NCBI GenBank assembly: GCA_965644295.1
Contig: CBFFRP010000019.1
Location: 1-64,000 of the forward strand
Reading direction: 5' to 3'
DNA from: Paraphysomonas bandaiensis
Taxonomy: Eukaryota; Protista; Chrysophyceae
Length of the DNA: 64,000 nt
Shown here: piece after piece, positions 14,205 through 26,999 of the stretch
Layout of the letters: each line of letters starts with the position of its first letter
Numbering within the stretch: the stretch's first letter is position 1
Made by a program: the position numbers and the translations under genes
The notes under the pieces: generated by a model
What the model was told of the DNA's origin: nothing
Databases searched by the model: none
The model's input: only the letters and a program-made list of their open reading frames with translations

Positions 14205-14675
14205 TGCACTCGATGAAGAAAGACTATATCCTCACGGTGAAACACTTCAATAACAAGTGCTTCCCAAGTAGAGATATAATGAATCAACCTTAATATTTAA
14301 CGCTTTTAATGCGATTTAGTTTATATATGGAGCATATGTCTGCTATCTCCTCTACAAGTTACATATGCGGGATATACATACATACAGTCTATATGGACTA
14401 CTATGTATGGTATATAGGACTGTATATACAACTTTACGTAGAAAAAAAAGAAAGGCTGAGAGAGAAGTAGATCAACACCAATATACAGTGATTATACAGT
14501 GATTATACAGTGTTGTATATATTGTGAAGGACAAAAAAATGACATCACCAGCAGCAGAGTTTAAGAAATGAATCGCAGGTTCCTTATGGTATGGTACCTC
14601 ACATACATCTCGATCATATGACACTCTCTTATATGGGAACTCCACAACATAACAATCAAACCCACACACACATCT

Positions 14676-14708
<33 letters not shown>

Positions 14709-14789
14709 TATAGAGGAGTCATTAATCACATCACAGTGTTTATATATCTACAAGACATATTTTATATTATCAATTTATAATTATTTAAT

Positions 14790-17700
14790 ATGGGTGTACC
14801 TAAATTCTATCGGTAAGTTCATGGATTTTTACCATATATAATAACATAGATTCCTATATCTATACAGATGGATCAGTGAGAGGTATCCTCTTATCAATCA
14901 ACTCATTAGTAACACTTCAATGTTACCTGAAATTGATAATTTTTATTTAGATATGAATGGTATTATTCATGCATGTACTCATCCAAATGATAGTGATACA
15001 TCGATACAATTATCATTAAGAGATATGATTCTAGCGATATTTCGTTATATCGATAGATGTATATCAGGAATAGTCAAACCTAAGAAATTATTATTCTTAG
15101 CTATTGATGGAGTTGCACCCAGGGCAAAACTTAATCAACAGAGGTATAATGGTTGGCATATATAATATTCATTGTAACGTCATCTTCATTGTTTGACAGA
15201 GCTCGAAGGTTCCGGGCTGGACAAGAAAGGTACATCACTGTTATTCTTGAAGTGTGTAGCTTGCTGATAGCAGTGTAGAATGGAAAATATGATGAAGGCA
15301 CGACAGCGAGGAGAGGACGTGGATGCGAGTGGACCTATTTTCGATTCCAATTGTATTACCCCAGGCACGGAGTTCATGGAGATCATCGACAAGCACCTGA
15401 GATGGTATATCCACAAGAAAATGAAGGACGATCCTGTGTGGCGGGATTTGGAAGTTATATATAGTGGACATGATGTCCCTGGCGAAGGAGAGCATAAGAT
15501 TATCCAGTACATTCGTGATGCACGTGCACGCCCAGACTATCAGCCTAATCAACGTCATTGTCTGTATGGCCAAGATGCGGATCTGATCATGCTTGGTCTT
15601 GCAACCCATGAACCACATTTCACTTTACTACGAGAAGTGATTGATTTCGGAGGTAAGAGTAAAGGTGGACGTGGAGGACAGCGTGAGACTGTCATGAAGC
15701 AAACTAAAGACGCTCGATTTCAGTTACTTCATCTATCAGTCCTTCGCGAGTACATCGAAGTGGAGTTTGCGAATCAACACACCGGTCAACCGCTAGATCG
15801 CGAAAGGCTCGTTGACGACTTCATTTTTCTTACTTTTTTAGTTGGTAATGACTTCTTACCTCATCTTCCCACTCTCGATATTGGGGAAAGCGCATTTGAT
15901 GTCATATTTGATTTGTACCGTCAGTTGCAGCAAGAGAGTGTTGGGTATATTGTTTCGAATGGGGAAATTGGTGATTTCGCCCGTCTTGAGAGATTATTCG
16001 CTGGAATAGGACAGCGTGAGGCCGAGATACTAAAAACTCGAGAGGCCGAACAGCGTGAGTTTAATGCCCGTCGTCGCCGCCGACGTGGATCAGTACAGGA
16101 CCTCCCCTCTGTTGAAGAGGAGGAAGAAGAAGAACTGGAGTTACAGAGAGCTCTTGAGGAAGCTATTGCCGAAGCGCAAGAGGAAGCACGGATGAATCCT
16201 GCAGTTAAAGACAATGATAACACAGACTCCAATGGGACCTCGCTGTCACCCTCTGTTCCCACTACACCTCCGGCTACACCTGCTTTGGAAGGGGATGACG
16301 AGGAGCCTGAGACCGACACTTCTCAGAATAAAGTAAAGGATTACCGGAGTAGGTACTACTACGAGAAGTTCAAACTAACTCCTGGTACGGTTCATTCAGA
16401 AAGATTTCTGTCGCAGCTTATGGAAGACTATCTTAAGGGACTCATGTGGTGCCTTGCCTATTATATGAAGGGATGCATTAGCTGGACGTGGTACTATCCT
16501 TATTACTACGGTCCAATGCTGATCGACATGACGGACCTTGCTGCTAAAGTACCGAAAATTCACTTTGACCTCGGTAAGCCGTTTCTTCCCTTTCAGCAGT
16601 TGTTAGGCTGCTTGCCCCCTTCTTCGAAGGATCTCTTGCCTGTCTCGTACCAGTGGATTATGACTAACCCAATGTCTCCTGTACTTGAGTACTACCCTGT
16701 AGACTTCAGCGTCGACATGGATGGAAAGAGAAATCCATGGGAAGCTGTCGTTCTTCTTCCATTTATTGATGCCGATAGATTGCTGGAAGCAGAGGCCGCA
16801 TACTGTCCTGAATCATCCCTGACCACAAAGGAAAGAAACAGAAATTCTGTGGGGCATTTGTATCATTATGTTTTTGATCCACAATGTATGGATACCATTC
16901 CTTCCTGCAACCCCGCGATTGGTCTGCGTGATATAACCCACTGCCAAACATCATGTAGGCGAATTCCGCCTGATTTTACCCCTGGTCAGAGTTTCACTCC
17001 TCGACTCATTCCGGGAACTGTTAAGACTTGTGCGGGCTTTCCTAGCTTAGGCGTAATTCCAATCTCTGCAGTTCGCCTGGAAGCAGTAAAATTGAACGTA
17101 TTTGGATCAGATAGCAGGTACAGAAACACAATTATATCTGTGCTACAGCGTGGAGGATTCTCGGTAGACAACCTTGATTTGAAGCTCTTGTTGGGACGCT
17201 CGGTGTTCGTCAACTACCCTCTCATTCACGAAGCCAAAGTAGTTGGTGTTAGTTGTGAGACCATGACTGTCCGAGCACGAACTCGTCGTATGGGCAGTAT
17301 TGAAGAGACCTCTGTGGAGGAAAAAAAGCATGACGATATGATGAGGCTGCAGTGGAAGAAGGAGGCAGCACAAGAGGAGGTCAAGTACTTACGTGGACGT
17401 GGAGAGCCCGGTACTGGTGGCATTGAGGTCGGGAAGGTTACAATCAGGCTGAGGGTTGTACCCGTTCAAGGAATGCGCACAGACCGGCGCACAGGTGCTC
17501 GGAAGAAGGTGTTCGGTGAGACTGAGGCTGATGTTCCTATCCAGGTATGTAATTGTCTGAATTATATCTCGTTATATTTCTTATGTATAATAGATGGCGC
17601 TGTGGTCTTCACCGGTTGTTGATGTACGCTTCGAAGAACAGCACGAAACAGTTCCTGTTGAGAAAATGTACCCATATGGGTGCCACGTTGTTGCTACTGA

Positions 17701-19648
17701 GGGGTCGTTTATGGGCTGTGCTGGAAAAATTGTTGGTCCACACGGACCGCAACAGAGGACGAGAGCCAAGCCTGTAGCGGACGCTCCTCGAGTGGTGGAT
17801 GTAGAGTTCACAGTTGATCCTCCTGAGCCGCCATTTGGATATGCCCTGAATATTTCTATACGTGACGAGTACTTCTCGAGCAGAGACACCTGTCGCCGAG
17901 TCGGATTAACACCATCTATTCTTGGTATGATATCGGGTGCACTTTTCGTTGACCCTCCGCGGGCTGACATTGGGCTTAACTTGAAGAAAAATGGAGAGTA
18001 TCAATTGCTTGAGTATGTGAGGGCAGTGACCGTCTCGGACAAGGACTCAAAGTCACTCCCTGAGCTTGGTAAAATAGGTGGGCGCGGGACTAACTGCTGG
18101 GGATCGGGAGATACTGTACAAATTGTGGGCTCAGTAGACAGCACATCTGGTGGAGGAGAGGATAGCGAAGTCTTCAGTTCCCCAGCTGGATATACAACGT
18201 GGGAGTATTCGGAGAAAGCAATAGACTTGATAATGGCATACAAGCAAGAATTTCCTAACCTTTTCCAGAAATTGCAGAGTCTTCAAAACCAGAGGAAATA
18301 CTCTGCGAAAGATTTATTCGGTGTCAGTGGTCAAGAAGCTGAAGCCATGTTGGATAAGGTGCAGTTATGGATAAAGAGCCAACCTACACACTCATTGCCG
18401 CGGTCGCCCCTTTCAACAATATCGATGTCGAAGTAAGTGAATTATTTAGTGCCTAACTACGTTAACTCTATTTCAGGGACGCTATCAGAGCTGTTGAAAG
18501 GGCTGTTGATGTTCGTAGGAGTGCGGAGGGGAATCAGGCCGCGAAAATAGTTCTTCGACGAAACGTACCTGTTGAAACCTTATTCAGAGATGGTATATAT
18601 CGTCCATTCGATGCTCCACTGGATATGATTAATGGGAACGCATCGCCTGAGCTTGGGGACCGTGTAATTAACCTGGTGTCAAGTGGTGTACCGTTTGGGC
18701 TGAAGGGTACAGTTATTGCAATTCACTCGTCAAGCTCTTATGTCGAGGTTAGTACTGATTTGATGTGAAACTTGGACTTTGACTCCGCAAATAGGTTCTC
18801 TTTGATGAAGAGTTTGCTGGTGGCAAGAGCTTACAAGGTTCATGCTCCCCTTTCCGTGGTGGGCTTGTTGCTTGGACCTCAGTTCTAAAGGTGTCTAGGA
18901 ACACCCTTGGTGGGAAACTTCCGGTGCCTTCAGGAGGCGCGCGTGCAGCGACTTCCAACAGCAATAAAAAGAAGAAAAGTGTTGCTGAGAGTGAACAAAG
19001 AATACCCATCCCAGGTAATTTGCTATGTGTACGATGAAGTAGCAGTTGATCCGAGATGTTATAGTCGACAAAGACCAGTCTGTCCCTGGTACTAAGAAAA
19101 GTGTGACCGCAATAATGAGAAGGGAATTACAGTTGACGACAGAGACAGGCAGTGACCCTGTAGTTAAAGCAGGAACAACTGGTGCCGTTAAAAAGAAGCC
19201 CTCTAATGAATGTCGTCCTACCCCTGTCGAGCCTCCTGCAAATAACCCGACGAAATCTGGGACGGAGATGAGAAGTGTAACAGCAATTTTGAAGAAAGGT
19301 TTGAAAATATCTTCCAGTAACGGCACAACCACAGCAGCAGAAGTAGAAAACACATCCAAATCCCAACAAGCGACTGCAGAAGATGTACGTGAGGCGGAGG
19401 GTGCAGCACCTACTGACGGGCCCACAAAAAGCGAATCAAGTGTTCATACTCCTCCGCCATCTATTCCATATTCCGCTGGTGATGTTCCAAGTGCGGGAGC
19501 GGTAAGTTTAGATAGGACAAATGCTCCACAATCTGCTGGCAGCCAGAAGACTTCTCCTCCACCGAAGAAAGTATCTACCACCACTTCTCTTGTACCGTCT
19601 CGAGTAATTGCTAGGAAGAATGTGAATAGCAAAAGTATGAAACATTAG
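14790..19648 (+). CDS. XRN1: 5'-3' exoribonuclease 1 (multi-exon)
   Basis: MGVPKFYRWISERYP, DNFYLDMNGIIH, AIDGVAPRAKLNQQR, FDSNCITPGTEFM, PGEGEHKI, GQDADLIMLGL, GNDFLPHLP; C-terminal IGLNLK and ELGDRV..VPFGLKGTV motifs typical of XRN1. Confidence 0.97.
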
Positions 19649-20294
19649 TGTATTAGCACCGCATGATGAGAATGTGTGACTATATTGGCCTATCACTTGT
19701 ATTCACTCTATTAAGTAAATAGTAAGTAGTGGATTACGAATTAGTGTACAAGACATGTCTCCCACGTTTGGAACATATGGGCTAATGGTGTCTTTGTGTC
19801 AGTGAGTCTTTCGTGCTTAAAGAGTTGGGGTACGCACCATTAAATGTGCGTATCGAGTGTCGCGACCTAGACAGTTAGACGTTAGACTACACTGATAATT
19901 TTTAAAATATTAACGTCAGTGAACTCGATTGATTTGACAGTAAACTGTGGTCCAATCATTTAGATATTTCTGTGTTCTCGTACTGTCATCTAAATATCTA
20001 AAACATGATGGATGCGTGTTGAGTGTTATACACTGCTTATTTAAGTCATCTGGCAAGATATTATATATAATACGAGTGATGAAGGGTGAAGGCGCTTGTT
20101 ATTATTTTCAAAATAACCTACTTACGTGTATGTATTTCACTACAATGGCCATATCTACAATCGTAGGTAGCAACCTATTAATTATTGATTATAACTTCAA
20201 TTCTTCATGTTGGAAGTTGCTTGTAGCATAGGGCTAGTAGTTGTAAATGTTCTGTCAAGCGTCCCGGCTCTGTTCACCTTAAAGACTGAAAAAT

Positions 20295-20440
20295 ACTGAA
20301 GTCAGCATATGTCATGCTGCTTGCTCATTGCGTTTAAATTGAGTGATAGAACGGAAGTGGTAGCATCTTGGTGCTTGCGGTAACGCACAATCAGCTTTCG
20401 TAGCGCTAGATAGTAGAATATCAGAGCTAAGCACTAGTTA
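20295..20440 (+). repeat. Dispersed repeat family R1, copy C
   Basis: ctgaagtcagcatatgtcatgctgcttgctcattgcg..ttggtgcttgcggtaacgcacaatcagctttcgtagcgctagatagtagaatatcagagctaagcactagtta. Confidence 0.8.
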
Positions 20441-20582
20441 TGTAAATGTATTTTTTTGTATAAGACACCAAGCAACATATTCAACAGGACCACTAATTTC
20501 AAGACACAACGCACAATATCATCTTCATACATTATAATATACTTCTGCCGATGGCAACTAAATTAACACTATAAAGCCATCA

Positions 20583-21380
20583 TTACCAGCCTGTTTCCTC
20601 TTGTCGAAACTTTCTTTTGCGATTTCGACGATATTTCTTACCAGTCAAGCGCCGTGACTTCAATGCGTTTTGCGGTAATGAAGCAATCGACTCCTCAATT
20701 CGAGCTAGAATAACCTCAAAACAAGCACTACTACACAAATTAAACTCGGCTAGAAATTTGACACATTGATCCTTAGAGGGGTCCCGAAATCCAGAACACA
20801 ATTTATGAATGATGTCTTCTTCTGGAATATCATGTTGCGTTCCGGTTACTCGTAATCGATACGCATACTCAGACACATTTTCGTGTGCAGCTTGTGCAGA
20901 TGTGTAAAAAGCTATCTTTCCACCTGTTGAATCGCCGAAAGGGTCTCGCCTATCAATGTAAGCACAAAGGTTTTTCCATGCAGTATAGCCATCTCCGGGT
21001 GTCACTGGTTCAATATGAGCTGTTCCAGCAAAATTCTCGTCAAAACTTTTAAATAGAATTGTAAAGACAATACTGTTCTTTTCATCATACACACTCTGTC
21101 TCCATTTAATCAACTCTTTCTCTTCCTCTGAAGCATCCTTTGCGGCATCAGGGACTCGTATGGATTTCCCATTTACAATATCTATTAATTTAACTGCTCG
21201 AAGATACTCCATAAAACGACGATGATATTTATAAAAATCTATGTCCTTTTTTGGGTATTGTGGGACATTAATCTGTGTGAGGACATGGAGGGATAAGTTC
21301 ACCAGATATGGGGCCCAATCTTTTATAACCTCAAGTGATAAGGTTTGAATTGGGTTGGTTGAAGGTGCTAATGGGTTCAT
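20583..21380 (-). CDS. Stand-alone Ty1/copia-type gag-like protein (no pol, no flanking LTR pair seen)
   Basis: Intronless ORF from ATG 21380. FYKYHRRFMEYLRAVKLIDIVNG..YDEKNSIVFTILFKS..GDGYTAWKNL..ENVSEYAYRLR..EEDIIHKLCSG resembles the copia gag (UBN2-type) capsid; basic C-terminal tail. Confidence 0.65.
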   Translation of the reverse strand: MNPLAPSTNPIQTLSLEVIKDWAPYLVNLSLHVLTQINVPQYPKKDIDFYKYHRRFMEYLRAVKLIDIVNGKSIRVPDAAKDASEEEKELIKWRQSVYDEKNSIVFTILFKSFDENFAGTAHIEPVTPGDGYTAWKNLCAYIDRRDPFGDSTGGKIAFYTSAQAAHENVSEYAYRLRVTGTQHDIPEEDIIHKLCSGFRDPSKDQCVKFLAEFNLCSSACFEVILARIEESIASLPQNALKSRRLTGKKYRRNRKRKFRQEETGW

Positions 21381-21549
21381 ATGGTATGAAGGATATAGAT
21401 TATATGATGGTAATGAGAGATGTATAAGATAACATGCATATGAGTATGTGAATACTAAGTATATATATACATATACATGTACAGGCAGGAGTGTCACTAT
21501 CTGAAGTCGTATGTGTAAAAGGAGATACGTGCATAACGCACACGTATTG

Positions 21550-21668
21550 GCATCCTTCGTATATTTTTGTTCCAAGATGCCTCTAATATTGAGACAATAA
21601 TTATATGTATTCCAGCCGTAGTTATAGCTCAGTAATCTAGAAGATTTTTGATTCAATTTATTTCCGAA
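21550..21668. repeat. ~120-bp dispersed repeat R2, copy 1
   Basis: Near-identical to 46405-46524 (shared tatttttgttccaagatgcctctaatattgagacaataattat). Confidence 0.9.
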
Positions 21669-22100
21669 AATAAGATATTGACTGCTGATACGACATCTGG
21701 AGTGTGCACATCGTCTGACTATCTTCTGACGATCTGTACTCTATGTATTCTATGTATTCTATGTGTGATTTTCAGGCTTTTACACCTCAAAAAAATAGGA
21801 TTTTCCTGAGTTTTGAAGGTATGTACCGTATACTGTTGTATATATATACAGGTCTGTGTCCCTCTAACAAAAGCAGGCACGACTATATTGTCCCCTTAAG
21901 ATATGCAGCTATAGCTACACCAGATGATACAGTTATGCATCTATAGCTACACCAGTACATGTCATATCTCAATACAAGTAACATACTCCTCCTGGAGCTA
22001 TTCTATCTTTAGTTAGTGTTAAGCAAAGTGCATGTACTCTAATTGTAGAGTAGCATAGGCTAGATCCATAGCTATATAAGACTATCAACACTTATATATG

Positions 22101-22148
22101 GCACCGCATTACCTTTTGGATGCCACACGGCCCATTCAATATCCTCAG
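22101..22148 (-). other. 48-bp exact copy of AAMP exon sequence (26191-26238)
   Basis: gcaccgcattaccttttggatgccacacggcccattcaatatcctcag is identical at both loci. Confidence 0.95.
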
Positions 22149-22899
22149 TATTCCAACATTTTGTCTCAGGTGGTATGACGCACCCAGCTCTGATATTCTT
22201 TACTTCATTGTTTTTATATGCATCACTGAACAATCGCATTGAATTGAGCTTTTCAATGTACATATCTCCCGTGTATTGAGAAGAGTCTCCACATCATGAT
22301 AAATATAATTGTATACTTTTAGGTATAGTCGTTGAGTGTGTATGTGTTAAATGTAGCTCACTATTATAACAACACAGGTTTGTTGAGATATCAAAGTTAT
22401 TGATACCCATACTCTTGATGCTCATTCTTCCAAAAAAATATACTAGCACTACAATGTAGCGATAAAGTTAGTTTCTGAATATTTTCGAAAGGTCGACAAT
22501 TATAATATTAATTGTTGTCTGTACTATCTCTTGTCTACATATAGTTTTGAAGTTCTGACTCCTCCACGCCTGTTGCTAATAACTACTATTGCTATTACAT
22601 TCACAACTGTTCACTTATATGTATAGATTACTCCTCAATATTTTTTGACCATCAAAATTGGAGTATTACATACACATGCATGCGTTTGCTGCAAATTAAC
22701 GACAAATCTTGAGCATATATAAATTTCACCTAATCTTATAGTACATTACAGTACACCATCTAGGTCTCATTATTGCTTGCGCATGTAACAGAAAAGCAAT
22801 AACTGTACCCCAATGAATGAACTGATTATTACTCAACAGCCCAATAGTACTCCAGCTACACACTCTACTACTCTAGTCTCTAGTACCACTACTTATTAC

Positions 22900-24300
22900 C
22901 TGACACTAGCCCGGAGTCTCTGGAGCTTAAAGCCATTTCTGATGCAATTCTCTATTTACCACGACTGAGAGCATTGCTCAGTAAGTCGAGCATATCCACT
23001 ACCTCACCTGCATGGTCTTCTTTTTCCATTTCAAACACGGTTTCATGCTGTAAATCAGCACATGAATCAACGACCTACTCGGACTGAACTTTCACTGCGC
23101 ATTTCAAATGCTTTTCTCCCCTCCAATACTAATAGGCATTCTGCTTGCTTGCGTCATCTTCAATAACCTCGAGACATACACTCTCCGCTTTTCTACAGGT
23201 CACGGGAACCCACTTTTCACGCTCATTTTGTCGATAATGAGGCATAAACCTTCACAATAGCTCTCCCGCATAGTGATGAAGCTTGCAATACGAACTCACA
23301 GTTAATAATGGCACGATTCACAGTGTATTCGCTCTCTCAAATTCCTTCTGTGGGAATAAGTCGATCCAGCAGAATATGTCGATCCAGCAAAAAAATCGAC
23401 CTTTTTTCGTTATTTCTCTGAAATATATTCGTCAAAAAACAACATGCATCAAAAAAGCCTGGATTTTTTTGCTGGATCGACATATTCTGCTGGATCGACT
23501 TATTCCCACACACAGAATTGTTGCCTTATTGGAATTCCAAGACATCACAATCTAAGTGCGTGGCATTCGCTACTATCTAATTGAAGTTGCGGTTTCTGCA
23601 GCACGACATCAAGATTTCAGCTGGATGATGGTATCTTGTTCCCTCAAACCATCCCTATCTGCTCCTTGGAGTTCCAAAACGCTGTTCACATACCAGTGCC
23701 TGCCCATACTTCAATGTTCTGTTCGACGTCACACTTTAGTCAGCCGCATTTGCGATTACTACACAATCACAACTTCACTGCAATCAAGTCAGAGTTATCA
23801 TCACGACTAAGATTCGTGTCCTCACAGTGAGTGTTGCCTGGAGTGACACTTCTTTATTGGCATGCTCCATGACAAGACGATGAAAAACGACGCTTTTGTT
23901 CTCGTTAGCGCGAAGGGCATCCCAGTAGAGCTCATAGAACTCCCATCCATACACTCGTATCCAGAATATACTCCAGAGCGCAAGTAAAATTCCCTTGCCT
24001 GACAATCCTGGAGTTTTACTTGCGCTCTGGAGCTTGAGGAAGATTTTACTCCCTTGCCTGCAGAGTGTTCGATCATGGAAGACCGCAGTCCTGATCCCTT
24101 CTATCAGACATTGCATGCTCTTACTTGTCCAGATACACTGGATGAAATGATTCGTTACTAATATTCGCCGCAAGAGAATGGATACTTTAAACGAGCAGCA
24201 GCATGTGGCAGCTCGAACAGCCGAACTGGAGACATGACCAGCTCACTGAAACCAATTCATTTCCGTCGGCTGACTTAACACTTCTTCCTGCATCGTTTGT
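22900..24300 (-). pseudogene. Possible degenerate coding relic interrupted by a MITE
   Basis: Coding-like GC content and protein-like stretches on the minus strand with many stops; family not recognisable. Confidence 0.3.
23349..23510. mobile_element. MITE (~160 bp) with ~49-bp perfect terminal inverted repeats
   Basis: tgtgggaataagtcgatccagcagaatatgtcgatccagcaaaaaaatc ... gatttttttgctggatcgacatattctgctggatcgacttattcccaca; each TIR has 2x gtcgatccagca; no clear TSD. Confidence 0.88.
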
Positions 24301-24415
24301 TTCTACTTATTTAGTAATATTTTTTGCTATCTGTTCCTTAGTCTTAGTTTGTTTCATTTTTACCAATAACTAACATTCGATACAACGTAACTTTTACTTA
24401 CATAACCTTTCGACA

Positions 24416-24795
24416 CTTAGTAACACTTACTTCTATTCACACTTAGTAACAACTTAGTAACACTATATAGATATATTATGAGTTATATAAATTGAGATAT
24501 AGCTATAATTATTTACTCCTAAGTTATAATTTAGTTCATACCGTCTGAATTAAATTTTAGCTCTCTAGGATAAAATTATTTAATTCCCTTTACATTTCAC
24601 ATGTGTTCCAACCGTTTATTACTTATTAGTCAACGTGAGCACAAACTAGCACTATAAGCAGCAGAGTCTGTCAATTGTTGAATTTCGCTGTTAGTAGTGA
24701 ATGTCTATTGTCATTAACGGTCCTGATAAAAGGTATAATGCTATATAGTGTTACTAAGTTGTTACTAAGTGTGAACAGAAGTAAGTGTTACTAAG
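24416..24795. mobile_element. Mutator-like MITE (~380 bp) with 55-bp TIRs
   Basis: cttagtaacacttacttctattcacacttagtaacaacttagtaacactatatag and its reverse complement (1 mismatch); flanks ctttcgaca / atttcggca form a degenerate 9-bp TSD (7/9). Confidence 0.8.
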
Positions 24796-25117
24796 ATTTC
24801 GGCAGTACCACACAATTTGTATATTTACTTTTATGACGATTCCTTGTGAAAATATCCTTGTAGATTTTATTAGATCACTATATGCTGTCTACAATTTCAT
24901 GAAACTAAACTAGTGCTTACTGAAGAGGCTATATCGGGCACATAAATAATAGTATAAAAAATGGATAATTCCTCAATGTCATATCCCCTCTCATCTTAGT
25001 TTACTGATATACATGTAGAAAATATATTCATTGTGCATGGGGTACCTCAAAACAGAGCTACAATTGATATATCATCACTAACACAAGGAGACGATGGTGA
25101 TAATACACAATTTACTT

Positions 25118-26999
25118 CTACGCCAGCAGTAACGACGACACATCAATGTGGAACACCTTTGCGGTACCATCATCAGATACACTAAGTATGGCATCAACTT
25201 TCTCATTTTCAATCTCCCCATTTTCACTATTCTCTCTAACCATATCGACTCTTTTAAAATCAATGTTTGTGACTAAGTCTCTGTGCCCGGTTAACGACGA
25301 CAGAACAACACCTACATGGTACGTAATTAAAATACGCTAACACTTTCACTATTAAAATCATACCCGATCTGGCATCCCAAACTCTTACAGTAAAATCCAA
25401 ACAGGCAGATACTACGACAGGAAGACTTTCATGCCACTTCAGTGCAACAACAGCATCCTCGTGCCTGTCCATTGATTACATAACGCAATAGGCTTATGCA
25501 GTACCTACCTGCAAATACACCGGCAGCTGCCAGTGCTGATGTCCCATATCTTGAGGTTCTTATCAATCCCGCCCGATGCCAACCACCTTAATTTTTTTGT
25601 GGTTGAGATAAGTAATATACGGACACAATGTGCTTACTTGATGTCTTTATGAGAGAAGCCAACACATTCCACAGACAACACCTCCTCCTGCTCCGTTGGC
25701 GGATCATCTTCTTCATCATTGTCCTCTGTCATTGCGGCAGACTCTTCATCTGGAGGAGAAGGGTGATCTACTTTAACTGGCTCAGAATGTATGAGCTTCT
25801 TGAGTAGGCGCTTTCCAGGAATGTGGTAGAGATGCACTTCCCCATCGAAGCCACCAGATGCAAGCAGATCGCCATCCTCATTGCCATCTAGACATGTAAT
25901 GTTCCCACTATGTCCACCTCCTAAAGCCCCCGTGAAACAATGCTTGCATGCACCAGTCTTGGGGCCCCAGAGACGTACTGTTCCATCCTCACCCCCTGAG
26001 CACACAACTTTGCCGTCTCTTGAAAACATTCCACACGACACACCACCTACATGTCCGGCAAATACCTATGTAGAGTAGTGGAAAATAGTTGTGACTACAA
26101 GGGCTTGAAAACACAATTAGGTGCACACCTGAACACACTGTCCCGTGTGGGCTAGCCACATCCAAACCGTACCATCCTTTGACCCGGCAAGCACCGCATT
26201 ACCTTTTGGATGCCACACGGCCCATTCAATATCCTCAGGGCCCTCTAGAGTGTGTTTCTTTTCCCCGGTCTCAGTAGACCATATGTTGACCAAACCGTCA
26301 TAACCCCCAGTCAACACAAGCGTCCCATCAAAGTTGAAGCCCACAGCAGTTACAGTGTCAGTGTGTCCGTCAAGCTCAATACATGACTTGACACCACGAC
26401 CATTTTCTTCGCCGTCATCAGTAGTAGAACTACCATATGACCAGAGAAATGCAGTATCATCCCCTCCTCCAGACACTGCAAGGCCGGGTCGGGAAGGATG
26501 CAAGGAGGCGCAGTAAACGCTGTCGTTGTGTCTAGCAAACGATGCAAAGGAAACATCAGGAATGTCGACTTCCATCTCAGGGTTTTCTTCTTCCATAACC
26601 TCTTCGGTCTCAGCAATAGTATCATCATCATCATCGGGAGGACATTCCTCATCATCTATATAAACTATTACCAAATGAATATATACACATGCTTCAGTAT
26701 AATACCAGAGAAATCAACCTCAACAAGGGCTCCTTCTTCAATGAACACATCATCACCCTGTGTGTCATATCATGAGAATATATTCAATCCATCTCCTCAT
26801 TTATTACCTCCGTATCATCGATATCTTGTGTGGTATCAGGGAATGTATTGGTATTATCTTCTTTATCCTGAAATACACATATATTAGATACACACCCTGT
26901 ATGTATATGTATATATACACTCGCATATATAAGACATATACACATACTCTCATATATAAAGGACTTAATCGTCATATCAGATAGACAGATACACACCAT
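25118..26999 (-). CDS. AAMP: WD40-repeat protein, AAMP/Sqt1 family (uL16 chaperone), multi-exon
   Basis: Acidic N-terminus, then WD repeats FARHNDSVYCASLHP..SGGGDDTAFLW, GHTDTVTAVGFNFDG, LEGPEDIEWAVWHPKGNAVLAGSKDGTVWMW. Start codon sits on an ATG|GT micro-exon (inferred). Confidence 0.88.

Noticed and set aside
20370-20440. Hammerhead ribozyme in the R1 core (minus strand ctgata...cgaaa)
   Set aside because: Lacks the CUGANGA box, and no consistent three-stem junction was found across copies.
22072-22263. 63-aa ORF with a WD40-like peptide as a gene
   Set aside because: The similarity is confined to the 48-bp copied AAMP fragment.
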